Assembly: GCA_951406725.2 (NCBI GenBank)
Contig: OX597821.1
Location: forward strand, 13,888,001-13,952,000
Length of the DNA stretch: 64,000 nucleotides
Direction of reading: 5' to 3'
Source: Octopus vulgaris
Taxonomy: Eukaryota
Shown here: positions 38,943 through 52,680 of the stretch, piece by piece
Position numbering within the stretch: the stretch's first letter is position 1
How the letters are laid out: each line of letters opens with the position of its first letter
The notes under the pieces: generated by a model
Databases searched by the model: none
Seen by the model: the letters and a program-made list of their open reading frames with translations, nothing else
What the model was told of the DNA's origin: nothing
Translations under genes and position numbers: made by a program

Positions 38943-40703
38943 ATTCCTGTCTTGCCTGATCCGACGACCCCTCAGTCTGGTCCTGTCTATCTGCCTGACT
39001 TCCGGGATGTAGACAGTACCTACTTAAACTCAATTCCGGAAACTGCCTTGTTTGAGAATACCAAAACAGAACAAGACACAGATTCTCCGGACAGTGGTCA
39101 CAGAGAAATGTCGTCTGATAGTCTATCTTGCAATCTGACCAGTGGTTTGGACTCTAAGAGTTGGCAGTACAATAGTTATTGCCGATACCCATTGGCTCAA
39201 CAGATTAAAATGAGCCACAACAATCAGCAACAACAACAACAATTGCATAATCACAATGTTCCTCTATATCAACAGCAACAAAAACAGCAACAACAACAAC
39301 AACAACAACAACATGTACATAGCAACAAAGTTCATATTAACAGTAATGGTGTTAGCATTAATAGTAGTGGCAGCAGCAGCACCCACAATAACAACAACAA
39401 CAACAGCAACAACAACAACAACATTAACAACACCAATGCCAACAACAACAACAACAACAACAGCACCACGACCATGAACAACATTGAATACAACATGAAC
39501 AACAACAATAATAACAACACCTATAATCCATTCACAAAGTGTTCGCCTAAAAAACGAGATGATATCAAAATCATTACCCCAGTGCCAGCTCAGGATGCAA
39601 GTGGCAATCGCCTTGAATTGAAACTAAACGTAGCACCAAAGTTGGATCCACCGCCCAAATACTCAAGAACGTCGCGCCCTCTGTCGGCCGACTTAGACAG
39701 CCTTTCTTCAAACTATAGAGATAGCAATGCAAACACACAACAGCTGAATAAGAGGAACCAGCTATCGGATAACATGTATTATTCTTCTTCTTTAACCAAT
39801 TCGGCCTTGTTGAATCCCACACAGCATCGACCAGGAACAATTGAAAGTTACCAGTCGACAGAAAGTAACCACATCACACCTTTATCATCCTTGTCGTTGT
39901 CATCGTCGTCATCGTCTTCATCGTCGTCGTCTTCTTCTTGCTCATTTTCAGCTTCTACTTCGACATCGTCTTTGTCAGGTAGGATGTCAATTGGCAAAGG
40001 GACACCTGGTCAAATGGCGACGACAACAACGACGGCGTCAACAGCGACAGCACTATCAACAACAACGCCGATCCCAGGGGCTTTATTATCGACGACGACC
40101 ACCAGCACAACAGCCACGACAGCTTTATCAACTAACGCAACAACAATAACCACGTCAACTTCAAATTACCTGTTGAAAAACAAAATCCACGTGAACAACC
40201 TCAGTTTGGGGGGTTCGGTCCCGACTAGTTGTATTTCGTCTACAGTCGCAAACATAACTGCAAATGGCAGCAACCATGGAGTGAGAGGTGGCAGTAATAC
40301 TAGTAACAGCAGTAATGGCAGCTGTAGCAACATTAATAGTGGCTGTGGTAACAAACTCAGTTTAAACGATGCTAATAATAAGAGCTATGTTCCTACATTG
40401 AGCTCCTTTGCATCATCGGCCTTCGTGTCTTCAAAGGCACCGGCTAAGACCACATTTACACCACGAACAAAACAACAACAACAACAACAAAAACAACAAC
40501 AACAACAGCCACAACAGCAATCTAAAGCCATTAACATAGAGAAAAAGCCATCTTCTTATGATGAGATCTGCCCCCAATTACAACCGAGCAGTAACTCGGA
40601 AGATGATGATAATTCAGAAGATTCGGGTCTGCCACTTGTGCACCAAGCACCCAGGAGACTTGATTCAATGACTTTCGATGAGTTCGAAGCTCTGAGTAGT
40701 TGA
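38943..40703 (+). CDS. NOS1AP: Terminal coding exon of NOS1AP-like gene; long low-complexity (Q/N/S/T) tail
   Basis: TTCCCTTTAG|ATT acceptor in phase 0, in frame with the 583-aa ORF 38952-40703; ends ...TFDEFEALSS*. Confidence 0.88.
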   Translation: MPVLPDPTTPQSGPVYLPDFRDVDSTYLNSIPETALFENTKTEQDTDSPDSGHREMSSDSLSCNLTSGLDSKSWQYNSYCRYPLAQQIKMSHNNQQQQQQLHNHNVPLYQQQQKQQQQQQQQQHVHSNKVHINSNGVSINSSGSSSTHNNNNNNSNNNNNINNTNANNNNNNNSTTTMNNIEYNMNNNNNNNTYNPFTKCSPKKRDDIKIITPVPAQDASGNRLELKLNVAPKLDPPPKYSRTSRPLSADLDSLSSNYRDSNANTQQLNKRNQLSDNMYYSSSLTNSALLNPTQHRPGTIESYQSTESNHITPLSSLSLSSSSSSSSSSSSSCSFSASTSTSSLSGRMSIGKGTPGQMATTTTTASTATALSTTTPIPGALLSTTTTSTTATTALSTNATTITTSTSNYLLKNKIHVNNLSLGGSVPTSCISSTVANITANGSNHGVRGGSNTSNSSNGSCSNINSGCGNKLSLNDANNKSYVPTLSSFASSAFVSSKAPAKTTFTPRTKQQQQQQKQQQQQPQQQSKAINIEKKPSSYDEICPQLQPSSNSEDDDNSEDSGLPLVHQAPRRLDSMTFDEFEALSS

Positions 40704-40879
40704 AACTTAAAAACAAACAAAAAACAAGACAAAAAACACAAAAACAGCTAATATATATATAAAAAAACACAAAAAAGCAACATAAAGCAAGGAAAATTTT
40801 TAAAATTTACGGTAAACAAGCAAGGAAAAATAAAACAAAATATATAATATATATATGTATATATACATATATACATGCA

Positions 40880-40923
<44 letters not shown>

Positions 40924-42018
40924 TATATACATATATATATTTAACAAAGCTTGGTAATGAATCCAGAGATGGAAAAAAAAGTGTTAATCAAGGTTGAAAC
41001 GATAGAAATCATAATAATTATTATTAATATTAATTATTATTGTTATGGTTATAGACAAAGCAAGTAACTCAATTGGTTACACCCACCCCACTCCCACCCC
41101 GTTGCTCCCTTCTCCACTTCTGTCGAATTCTGTCGGGGTTTCTGCCCGTTCAACATACCTGTTCTTTCTTTACCCAGTCAACCCAGCCTATCCTATTTAC
41201 TGACACGGTTTACCCTGGCAACCATCTCATTACGGGTAGATCGTTCTTTAACAACAACAACGCCAACGACAACAGCAACGAGAACAACAACAACAACAAT
41301 AACGGTTACAGCCATCATCAATGAAAACCTTAATTCAGACAACGCTGCTTCAGGGGGTGGGGCAAGAAGGCCTTTGCGAGGAAATGTAAGTAATGGCAAG
41401 CGCAGTAGTCACCATCATCATCAGCATCATCATCATCATCATCATCAACATCATCATCACTGTCATCGACAATAACAACAACATGGACAGCAACGATTAT
41501 GAAGAGAGCTATTGGCAAAGTTTGAAATAAGAAGTTATTTTAGATTTTAAAATGATACGATAAAATAACGAGGGAAAAAAAATTAGAGAAATACTTCAAA
41601 TTAATTCAGTCGTCAAATGGATCAACAATAATGACTGTGTTTAGACAGGAGTTCATAATGTAGTTTAGTTTGAAAGATTTTATTATTATTATTATTATTA
41701 TTATTGTTATTATTATTATTACTTTGTTGTTTTTGCAATGTGGCGTCTGACAATGTGTATTTCAGAATACCAGTATACGTATTGCAATGATGGTGTTTGT
41801 ATGTGTATATATGTGCATGTATCAAGTATTATATGATTACAAAATCGATGACTATGTGCACATACACCCATGCATGTGCACTTCCAAATCTGCACACATA
41901 CACACACACACACACGCATATATCATCTGACCCCCATGCTATCGTAAAAAGCGGAAGTTAAAATGGTGGTGGTGATGGTGACAGTCGCAGCAGTGGTAAT
42001 ATATGTGTGTGTGTGTGA

Positions 42019-42057
<39 letters not shown>

Positions 42058-42154
42058 CATACAGATATACATATATATATATATATATATACAACTTATA
42101 AACATGAGCTAAAGAAAATTATTTCTATGCCAATATGCTGATAACAGACAGTAG

Positions 42155-42216
42155 TGTATGTATGTATGTATGCATGTATGTATGTGTGTATGTATGTATG
42201 TATATATGCATGTACG

Positions 42217-42250
<34 letters not shown>

Positions 42251-42304
42251 TGTATGCATGTATGTATGTATGTGTGTATGTATGTATGTATATATGCATG
42301 TACG

Positions 42305-42338
<34 letters not shown>

Positions 42339-42400
42339 TGCATGTATGTGTGTATGTATGTATGTATGTATGTATATATGTACGTATATATGTATGTATG

Positions 42401-42434
<34 letters not shown>

Positions 42435-42470
42435 TGTATGTGTGAATGTATGTATGTGAATGTGTATGTT
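42155..42470. repeat. (TATG)n microsatellite
   Basis: Direct reading. Confidence 0.95.
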
Positions 42471-43095
42471 TAAGATGTATCCATGTTAAATGTTCTTATA
42501 TGAATCTTGGAGCAAAGAAGTCAATGATTCTCAGACAAACTAATAGATTAAATTGATCAGTGTTATTAACAATCAATTTGCAATGAAAGTTTTGGAAATC
42601 TCAATGACAAGAAACAGAAAAGAAAAATATTATTTCACAGAATTTGCCCAATAGATATTATTTTCTTTGTGTTCTATGTTTTGACTAAGTGTAAAAATTT
42701 TTTTTAAATATTTCCTCATTTACCATTTTGTTGACAAACTCCAATGTAGAATTAATCAGTCATGTAATAGGTATACCAAATTCTTACATAAATTCTGTAA
42801 GTCTTCTTCTAAAACATCCATTACATCAAATTCATAATTCTTTAGTCAATAGAAATCTATGTAGCTCTGCATCTAAATTAGAAATGAGTGATTCTATAAG
42901 GCTATAAGAAACTAATTAATGGACTATCTGTGTTGGAACATTTAGTTTTATTTACTCTAAGTTCCAAAATTTAATCTAGTAGGGCCTGCTTTGCTCTTGA
43001 TACCTCATAGATAGATAAATAAACTCTTGCTGACTCAACTGATTATATCTCACATCACTTCATATCAGATCATTGTTAATATGGCTGTTAATAAG

Positions 43096-43308
43096 GTGGT
43101 TAGTTGGCAGAACCATTAGCAAGCCAGGCAAAATGCTTAGCAGCATTTCATCTGTCTTTATGTTCTGTGTTCAAATTCCGCCAAGGTCGACTTTGCCTTT
43201 CATCCTTTTGGGGTCGATAAAATAAGTACCAGTTGAACACTGGGGTCAATGTAAGCGACTTACTCATTTTCCTGAATATTACTGGCCGTGTGCCAAATTT
43301 TGAAACCA
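43096..43308 (+). mobile_element. SINE family B (CpG-decayed copy)
   Basis: Colinear with the 19151 copy, with many CG to TG/CA changes. Confidence 0.8.
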
Positions 43309-44570
43309 TTATTAATATGGCTGTGGATTATTGTAGAGAAACATAATTTATTAAGATAAAATTTTAGAAAAAATTCAAAAGTATGTGTATGATTGTGTAT
43401 TGAAAGAAGAGTGTGCAGTTAGCAAGTTTTTCAAAATGGGTTATATAACAATGGAACAACAGAGAAAGGTGGTGAGTGAAAATACCACAGTGGCACCAGA
43501 CTTACGGTATTTTGTCACTGGCTTAGCCCCTTTCTCAATTTCACATCTGATTTGTTTCCTTGAAAATTCAGGGATACAAATTAGATGAAATCCTAATATT
43601 TTTTTTTTTTTGGTTCTTTATATAAATATTGAATGGTATTGATTTTTGTGGATTTTATTTTTCGATTTATTTCTCCCTTTGTTAGATTTATCGAAAAATA
43701 ACTATTTCCAAGGCTCATCATTCAATATATATCAATACATGAACATGGGCATACTTTCTGCCACTAGTTTGTAAGATTGTTCTCCGGTTCCAATCAACCT
43801 TACAAACATGTTAAGCAGTATATGCAAGGACCCCATCCAGTGTGCTAGTTATGATAGAAAGAAACTTCTGGAAGATTTCAAAATTAGAGAAAAAAGGTGG
43901 AGGAAGAATGAGAGAGAGAAAAAGGGAGGTGCATACTATCAGAAATCAGTGATGATAGAATGAGTGAGAGTTCAAATTCGTCAAAGTCATATATTAAACG
44001 GCTTGGAAAACATTTTTTGAGAAAATTGTAGAAAATTACAATTGGTATAGTGAATTCTTTAAAGTATTTCATTTGGTTGGTGCCTCACAGATTTTGGTCC
44101 AAAACCTAGAGATATAAAGTTGGTCATTCATTCTGCTGACATAATTTTATATTCGAGTAATACTTAAATTTAAAAACTCGTAATTTAATGAGAGCTAAAT
44201 GGCCTCGTGGTTAGGGGCATTGAATTCCTGATCATGAGGTTGTGAGTTTTATTCTTTGAGCAAGGCACCTCGTTTCACATTGCTCCAGTCTGTTCAACTG
44301 AAAAAATGAGTAACGGCTGGATGTGAGTGCAGCCTTCTCTCCTTGCGGTAGTCGCATCCTTGATGTTCTACTGAGTCACGGGAGGGAGAGATGAGGGTGT
44401 GTCTATGTCTGCTCATGACTCCATAAGCATCTAAAACAATTAGTGAAAGCACATGCTACTAAGTCATACTTGCTGATGCATAACAGCTATAGTTTTAGTA
44501 ATCTACTTCTGTGTTGAGATGACAAGATAAATGTGAGCCAATTCTTAGAAAGACAGACAGACAGACAGAC

Positions 44571-44614
<44 letters not shown>

Positions 44615-45617
44615 TTAAGTTACTGACAAGCTATGCACTTTTTTTTGTTATTATCTGGTTAAACTTTGATTAGTCTTCAGTTTTAATGTCTTTCTCTATA
44701 GAATATATTCAAATACTAACAAAATATTACAGTAAAATGGAATAAATATCAGTATAAATATCTCAACTTTTTTTTTAATTAAATTAATTTATTTCTGATT
44801 GTGCAGAACTGTTTCAATTTTACTTCTATAGTAACTTCCTGCAGTTTGTTTGAGTGTTGGCAGAAAAAAAAATTTCATTAATTTTTTTTCTTTCTACATT
44901 ATGATACGAATGTTGAAATCTGGCAAAGATATATAACTTACCTACATTTTTTTCCATTAAAAATTTTTCTTTTTTTTTCACCAGATGTTAGCTTCTCTGG
45001 TATTTGCAATCATCTCAACCATTAATTCTGTTTCGAAGTTATTCTCTTTGTTTTGGGTGGGGCTTAGATTATGCTAGAAAACGTCATAGGCTAACATACA
45101 ATAGAATACATTTCTAAGAAGATACTTAGGTATTTCTTTTCCTATGCAAAACTTTTTCGGGCCAAAGTGTTTTTTGGAAAATTTTTGGTACTGACGTTTT
45201 CTAAAAATAAAAATAAAAACACAAAATTCTTTGGAAACTGTAACAAAAGTTCCAAACAAATTTCGTTATTTTCAAATATTTCCTTTTATTGTGGGAAACT
45301 AAAAATTTTGAGTGATTGCAAACATAATTTGAATACAATATGTAGGTTATGTCTGTATTATAGGAAGTAAGTAGTAGTAGTAGTAGTAGTAGTAGTAGCA
45401 GCAGCAGTAGTAGCAACAGATATATTCTACAAGATTTAAGTTTCAAAGAAACTAAGCTTTGTTTGAACTGATTCAATAGCAAAGTTTTTAATCTAAAGAA
45501 CTATATATAATTCTTTTTTAATGCACTGTAGAATACATTGAAACAAATACATATGTATTAAATATATTTTTGGTAAACATACTGAAATTAACTCTTTTTC
45601 AATGACTTTTCCTTTAG

Positions 45618-45654
<37 letters not shown>

Positions 45655-46209
45655 CCTGTACATATGTATTATGTGTGTGTGTGTGTATGTTAGCTTTCAG
45701 ATATGGATAAGATATACAAGTATGTATAACTAATATATGGAGGGGCAATTAGTTAAAACTTACTCGCAAAAGAAATTAAATGCACTTTTTAGCATCAATC
45801 CAGGTAGACAATATTCATAAAAGATTGAATGATCTTACGACTGACCATCTATTGTAAATAACCTTTAACTGAACTACAATAATAGAATCTTAAGAAGTGG
45901 GTCTCAGACTAACAAATACCAGCCTTTCCAAATAAAATGGATAAATAAAAGATTTAACAACTATGTAATTCCTCTTTCAGGTTACAATGCTGAACAAATT
46001 TAAAATGTTTAAAATCTTAATTTTATTAAACAGCTTGGGTATATGGCCACCTCTTTTTCAGTCCTCTTGGCACCCTACTTCTATGAGAAACACTGATCCA
46101 AGACAGAAGTTACAGAGAACTCTTCAAATGTAAATTTGTATCTTCCTAAGATCAACTCATTTTTTATATATTGCTCTAGTGGTCAACGACTTAGTCTTCA
46201 TATATATAT

Positions 46210-46271
<62 letters not shown>

Positions 46272-46481
46272 CAGTAGATATATTTATGAAGAATTAGAAG
46301 TGACTCATGCAAATTCTGGTAATTGATTAACACAGAATTTTCAACAGCTCCGGTTGGTTAAATCGTAAACAAAAAAGATCTCATTCATTATTTATTATAA
46401 AATTAACCAATCATTCCTATACTTCCTTCCAACAGTTGTACAATTTTAATTTGAAACCTAGTTACCTTTCAAGGCAACAGT

Positions 46482-46517
<36 letters not shown>

Positions 46518-46640
46518 AACTACTACTAAATCATAAGGATAATAGTTACAATAGTTTTGCAATTAGCAAAAATAGTTTTTGATTTTTTAATTGACTAGTG
46601 CAAAATCATTTGGCAGTAATAGCAGTAGAAATACTACTAC

Positions 46641-46686
<46 letters not shown>

Positions 46687-46827
46687 TGTTTTTTTTTTTC
46701 TTTTTGCCACAAGGGTTATGGATGAAGGGGACAAATTAAAAATAACAAAAAAAAAATTAAAAACAAAAAACGTGGATGCTTCATGCAGAAACGATTGTGA
46801 AAAACAAACAAAAACAAACATGGAAGT

Positions 46828-46863
<36 letters not shown>

Positions 46864-48225
46864 CTAATTAAGAAGAGGAGAAGGAAGATGGAGATGACAA
46901 CAGTTATTTATTTATTTTTTTTTTCAAAAATATTCTGTTGTTATTTTTCTGAAATAATCTGTTATTTTTCAAAAAATTGTCAAAACAATATTTATATTTC
47001 TGTCTTCAAAACTTCGCCTGAAAACTCTTCAGACTCTCTATTCTTTCAATGACAGCAACGTTGTTTTTGTTGTTTATGTTTTGTTTTTGTTTTGTTTTTC
47101 TTTTTTCTTTTTTTCCTTTCTTTTCCCAACCTTCATCCCTTCACTACAACCATCCCTTTCTCTTTCTTGCTCTCCCTTTTGTTCTCCTTTTCACTCTCTC
47201 TCCTTCTCTATCCCTCCCTCTTTCTCTCCCTCTCTCTCTCTCTCACTGTTATATCAACAATACCACTGACAACAATACCACCACCACCAGCAACTAAATT
47301 GAAACAACAGCTGAATTCCAATTAAAAAATAAGTCACATGTATTCATTATTATGATTATCATCAATAATAATAATAATGATAATAATAATAATGATAATG
47401 ATAATAATAATAAATAGAAAACATTCAGGGTGTAGGGTTAAGATGATTTATAGATTTTTTTCTCTTTTTTTTTGTTGTTGCTACAACAGATTTTCATTTA
47501 TATCTTAATGATTTATTTATTTTAAATATGCTAATTTTCTATGTCTACCTCTTACAGCGTTGTACATCTACTTAGTAAGCCTCTCATTGCTACGGTGACA
47601 AGTAAGGTGAAGTTTAATCTTATTCCGTTGATGAGGTCTAATAAGGCCGAAACGTGCTCAGATTTATCTCCCATACTTGCTGAAAATTATTAGAATATTA
47701 GTCATTAAGATACAGTGGGTTTTCTTTTCCTCATTGCATAAGTATTTCTAATTAGATTTTAATGCCCATTGACTTAATTATGCTAACATAAACTTAACCA
47801 TCAAATGTACAGTCCACCCTTCATCTAGCTGTTCTCATACAAATTGACAAAACAAAACATCAGTTGCACAATGGCTCTAGTTCTAATGGTGACCTGTATT
47901 TACCATCATAATGGTGCCTATAAAGCTAAATGTAGATTGAACCAGTTGAGAATTATGTGTCATGGTAGTTTATGAGAGCACAAGGTTACCAACGGGAAAG
48001 CAATCAGTGGGATTGCAACATTGTCAGGCTGAATAACACATAAACTCAGCCAACCAGCTACTGTTCTCACTGTTATAGAATCTATAACACGCCAAGAGAC
48101 GATATGGGATTTCAAGATTAGAAGTGTTAGTGCAGTAACACACTCATAAATATACACACATGCACATACACATGGATAAGAGGTGGACTGCTATTATGAA
48201 AAGTCAATGCAAAAGGTGAACGAGT

Positions 48226-48256
<31 letters not shown>

Positions 48257-48627
48257 AGTTAGGGGAAAAAATAAAAATTTATAGTACTTAGATACAATCA
48301 CACACACTTACATACACATATATACACACATACATACACGCACACATGCATGTGGGCGTTAATGTACATATATTTATACAGCCATAAATATTAATATATT
48401 CATACGTACCTAAGCACACATGCGTAGGTATAGACCATGTTATTTCATATTAGTTTATATATTATGTTATACACTGATTAATGCATTGCTGATATGTATA
48501 CAAATACACGTATTTATATATAACTACTTGCATACATACTTGAAGATATATAGGAATACAAACATATATAAATATACCGGATCATAAAAACAGACAACAT
48601 TGTTCATAAATACGGACATCTGAGGAT

Positions 48628-48681
<54 letters not shown>

Positions 48682-49559
48682 TATATATTATGCTCACTTA
48701 CAGCCATGTATGCATGTACACATATTCAAACATTAATAAAAGTATATACACATACACACCCTAACGTACCCCAGTTTCTGTTTTAACACCTTCCCACCCA
48801 ATCATTGCATGTCTCTGAAATCCAGCTTCTGTTTTCAAAAGAAGTGAGATGTTTGGTTCACTTTTCCAGAAATTACAAAATTGTAAAATACCTGTACTTG
48901 ACGTGTTTGTTTTCATTTATTTCAAAGATCTTGTTGGTGATTGAGTGTGGTTGTTTGTACAAACAATTTTGAAGGTGATGTACTGAATGCCTATACATGT
49001 TGCAGGCATTCAGTTGGTGAGATTAATAGGTGAAAGAAAATTAAAAAAAAAAGGTCTATCAGCAATTATTTGTGATTCTCAAAGAAAATGGGAGATGATT
49101 TCAAGAAAGGAAGAACTCTCTTGATTTATTCAAGTTCTCAAAGAAAGGAAAGTTTTATCTTTGTGGACTGTGAACAACTATGAATATGTTTCAGTCTATT
49201 GGAACTCATCAGCATTATAATCTGCCCATGCTAATGGATAAGTTATAAATATTTTTTGTCCAGTATAACTTGCATAATTGTTTGCAAATAGTGATAAGCA
49301 GATGGAAATGCTAGATAAGGGTCAACTTGTAATATGAGCAATGAGTTTCAGATGAAAAGCAGGAATAGGAAAATGGAGATGAGTGGTAAGGATTCTTAAT
49401 GATCAGGATAATTAACAGTGTGGTAAGAAGCTTACTTCCAAATCACATAGTTCAGGGTTCAGTCCCACAGTAAGGCACCTTGAGCAAGTGTCTCCTTCTA
49501 TAGCCTCAAGCCATAGAAATGTAAATGGATTTGGTAAATGGAAACTGAAAGGTACCCAT

Positions 49560-49633
<74 letters not shown>

Positions 49634-49636
<3 letters not shown>

Positions 49637-49838
49637 CGGAGATGTACTCGCATAGCAAGTAATTTGATCTGAGATCGTGTGCTGAAACGAAAACAATTGC
49701 AGCGTGGAAGGTGTTTATAAGCCATTTAAGAAACACACAAAAGCCGTTCGATTCACTCCAACATTTAAGTTTAATTTGTCAAAATATTTTCGTCGCTAAA
49801 ATCCGCGACCTGTTCACTGACAAAGTCCGTGCTGCATC

Positions 49839-49842
<4 letters not shown>
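49634..49842 (-). mobile_element. Short module inserted in (TA)n carrying a variant hammerhead
   Basis: About 210 bp of CpG-retaining sequence between two TA runs. Confidence 0.6.
49775..49824 (-). ncRNA. Minimal type I hammerhead ribozyme with G3-C8 swapped core
   Basis: Minus strand TTTGTCA-GTGAACA-G-GTCGC(GGATTTTA)GCGAC-GAAA-ATAT-TT-TGACAAA; perfect 7-bp stem I and 5-bp stem II. Confidence 0.65.
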
Positions 49843-49873
<31 letters not shown>

Positions 49874-50304
49874 TACACTCTTGGAGTGGTTGGTGTTAGG
49901 AAGGTCATCCAGCTGTAGAAACTCTACCAGATCAGATTGGAGTCTGGTGCAGCCATCTGGTTTGCCAGACCTCAGTCAAATTGTCCAACGCATGCTAGCA
50001 TGCAAAGCGGACGTTAAACAATGATGATGATGATATATATATATATATACTCTCACACACACACACACACACACATATGCATATATCTATGTGTGAATCT
50101 TTGTGTCGGCATTTGTCCCCCACCACCACTTGACAACAGGTGTTGGTGTGTTTACAACCCTATAACTTAGCAGTTTAGCAAAAGAGACTGATAGAATAAG
50201 TACTAGGCTTAAAAACAAGTCCTGGGGTTGATTTGTTTGACTAAAACCTTTCAAGGCAGTGCTCTAGCATGGGCTGCAGTCAAGTGAGTGAAAAATAATA
50301 TTAA

Positions 50305-50481
50305 CCCTTTAGCATTCAAACTGGCCAGATCTGGCCTCTCACACCTACCCTACAATGTCGCTCCTAAAAATATACAAACACATCATCGAAATCTCAAAGC
50401 TACAAGATAATGATTGATTAATTCAAAACAATGGGAATAAATAAGCATTACATATGACAGAGCAATCTGAATGCTAAAGGG
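50305..50481. mobile_element. piggyBac-like MITE
   Basis: TTAA|CCCTTTAGCATTCA ... TGAATGCTAAAGGG|TTAA (perfect 14-bp TIR); a related copy at about 50600-51255 is split by a SINE. Confidence 0.88.
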
Positions 50482-50630
50482 TTAAGTGAGTGAGATATGG
50501 AGAAATAGGAGAAACATAATTACCAGGTAGAGTGTGCCATCTGGGGAAGAGTCAGTGGCTACAGAAGAGAGCATTCATGGATGTGTTCGAAAACTGTCTT
50601 TAACATTTTAGCATTTAGTCCAGCCATATA

Positions 50631-51078
50631 GGTGCAGGAGTGGCTGTGTGGTAAGTAGCTTGCTTACCAACCACATAGTTCTGGGTTCAGTCCCACTGCA
50701 TGGCACCTTGGGCAAGTGTCTTCTACTATAGCCTCAGGCCGACCAAAGCCTTGTGAGTGGATTTAGTAGACGGAAACTGAAAGAAGCCTGTCGTATATAT
50801 GTATATATATATATGTATGTATATATGTATATATATATATGTATATATATATATGTGTGTGTGTGTTTGTGTGTCTGTGCTTGTGCCCCCAACATCACTT
50901 GACAACCGATGTTGGTGTGTTTACATCCCCGTAACTTAGCGGTTCGGCAAAAGAGACCGATAGAATAAGTAGTAGGCTTACAAGGAATAAGTCCTGGTGG
51001 TCGATTTCCTCGGCTAAAGGCGGTGCTCCAGCATGGCCGCAGTCAAATGGCTGAAACAGGTAAAAGAGTAAAAGAGTA
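50631..51078 (+). mobile_element. SINE family A, nested in a MITE
   Basis: Full length, with a (GTAAAAGA)n tail. Confidence 0.9.
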
Positions 51079-51580
51079 TATCCAGCCTATATATTCTGGT
51101 TGTTTTATGTTAAAAATGGTCAGATCTAACCTCTCACACCTAACCTGCAATGTCATTCTGAAAATATACAAGCACATAATTGAAATCTTGAAGCTATAAG
51201 ATAATGCATGATTAATTCAAAACAATGGGAATAATTAAGCAATATGTTTGACAATGTGAAGGTGCATGGGTTAGTGGCTGGGGCATTTGGCTCATGATCA
51301 TAAGGTTATGAGTTCAATTCCTAGTGATGTGTTGTGTCCTTGAGCAAGATACTTTATTTCATGTTGCCCCAGTCCATTCAGCTGGCAAAAATAAATAGTA
51401 CTTGTATTTCAAAAGGGCCAGCCTTGTCACACTCTTTTTCACGCTGAATCTCCCCGAGAACTATATGAAGGGTACACGCATCTGTGGAGTGCTCAGCCAC
51501 ACACATGTTAATTTCATGAGCAGGTTGTTCCATTGATCGGATCAACTGGAACCCTCACCATCATAACCAACAGAGTGCAA

Positions 51581-51991
51581 TACTCTTTTACTCTTTTACT
51601 TGTTTCAGTCATTTGACTGCGGCCATGCTGGAGCACCGCCTTTAGTCGAGCAAATCGACCCCGGGACTTATTCTTTGTAAGCCCAGTACTTATTCTATCG
51701 GTCTCTTTTGTTGAACCGCTAAGTGACGGGGACGTAAACACACCAGCATCGGTTGTCAAGCAATGCTAGGGGGACAAACACAGGCACACAAACATATACA
51801 CACGCACTTATATATATATACATATATACGACAGGCTTCTTTCAGTTTCCATCTACCAAATCCACTCACAAGGCATTGGTCGGCCCGGGGCTATAGCAGA
51901 AGACACTTGCCCAAGATGCCACAAAGTGGGACTGAACCCGGAACCATGTGGTTGGTTAGCAAGCTACTTACCACACAGCCACTCCTGCGCC
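51581..51991 (-). mobile_element. SINE family A
   Basis: Full-length reverse-complement copy. Confidence 0.9.
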
Positions 51992-52648
51992 AATATGTAC
52001 ATTTGATGAAGAAACATGAATACTAATGGGTTAGGTTCCTGGAGAAGAGACTCCTTGGAACTGACAGTAGAAAAGCATATATTAATACATTTGGCAGTTG
52101 AGCAGCTGTCTCTGGTGGAGCAACTAAAGAATAAATATCAATGTGGGTAGTCATCTCTTGCTTGGTAACTGAAGAATATACACCAGTGTGAACAGCGATT
52201 TCTGGTGAAGCAACTAATGAACATGTATCAGTGTGGAGAGTGTGGGCACATGGTCCTAGTGGTTAAGATGTTGCACTCACGATTGCAAAATCATGGTTTC
52301 AATTCCTAGATAGGGTGGTGCATTGTATTTTTGACAAAAACTTTTAATATCATATTGTTCTGAGATCGTTTCAACACCTGACGTGTGGCACGCCATGTAC
52401 CTATACAGGTAATGTCAATTGGATGGAGAAGGTGAGCTAAGGTACAATATATGCATTTGATCGCTATAAACAAATCACCTGTGCAGGGAGTTCAGTAAGA
52501 TATTGCTGAACCCTCAGCTGTTGTCTATGAGAAGAGAATCCTAGAGAAGAGACGGTCACTTCTGATAAGGTAACCAATCTAAGAACGTACATCAGTATGG
52601 GTAGCTATCTTTAGCGAAGTAGCTAACGGGAGAAAGAATATGTATGTG

Positions 52649-52680
<32 letters not shown>

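Noticed and set aside
47409-47414. AATAAA poly(A) signal
   Set aside because: Formed by the end of an (AAT)n run; not distinguishable from chance.
47558-47600. Branch point and acceptor-like site that might start an alternative last exon
   Set aside because: Immediate stop in phase 0, and it lies in a hammerhead-bearing repeat remnant.
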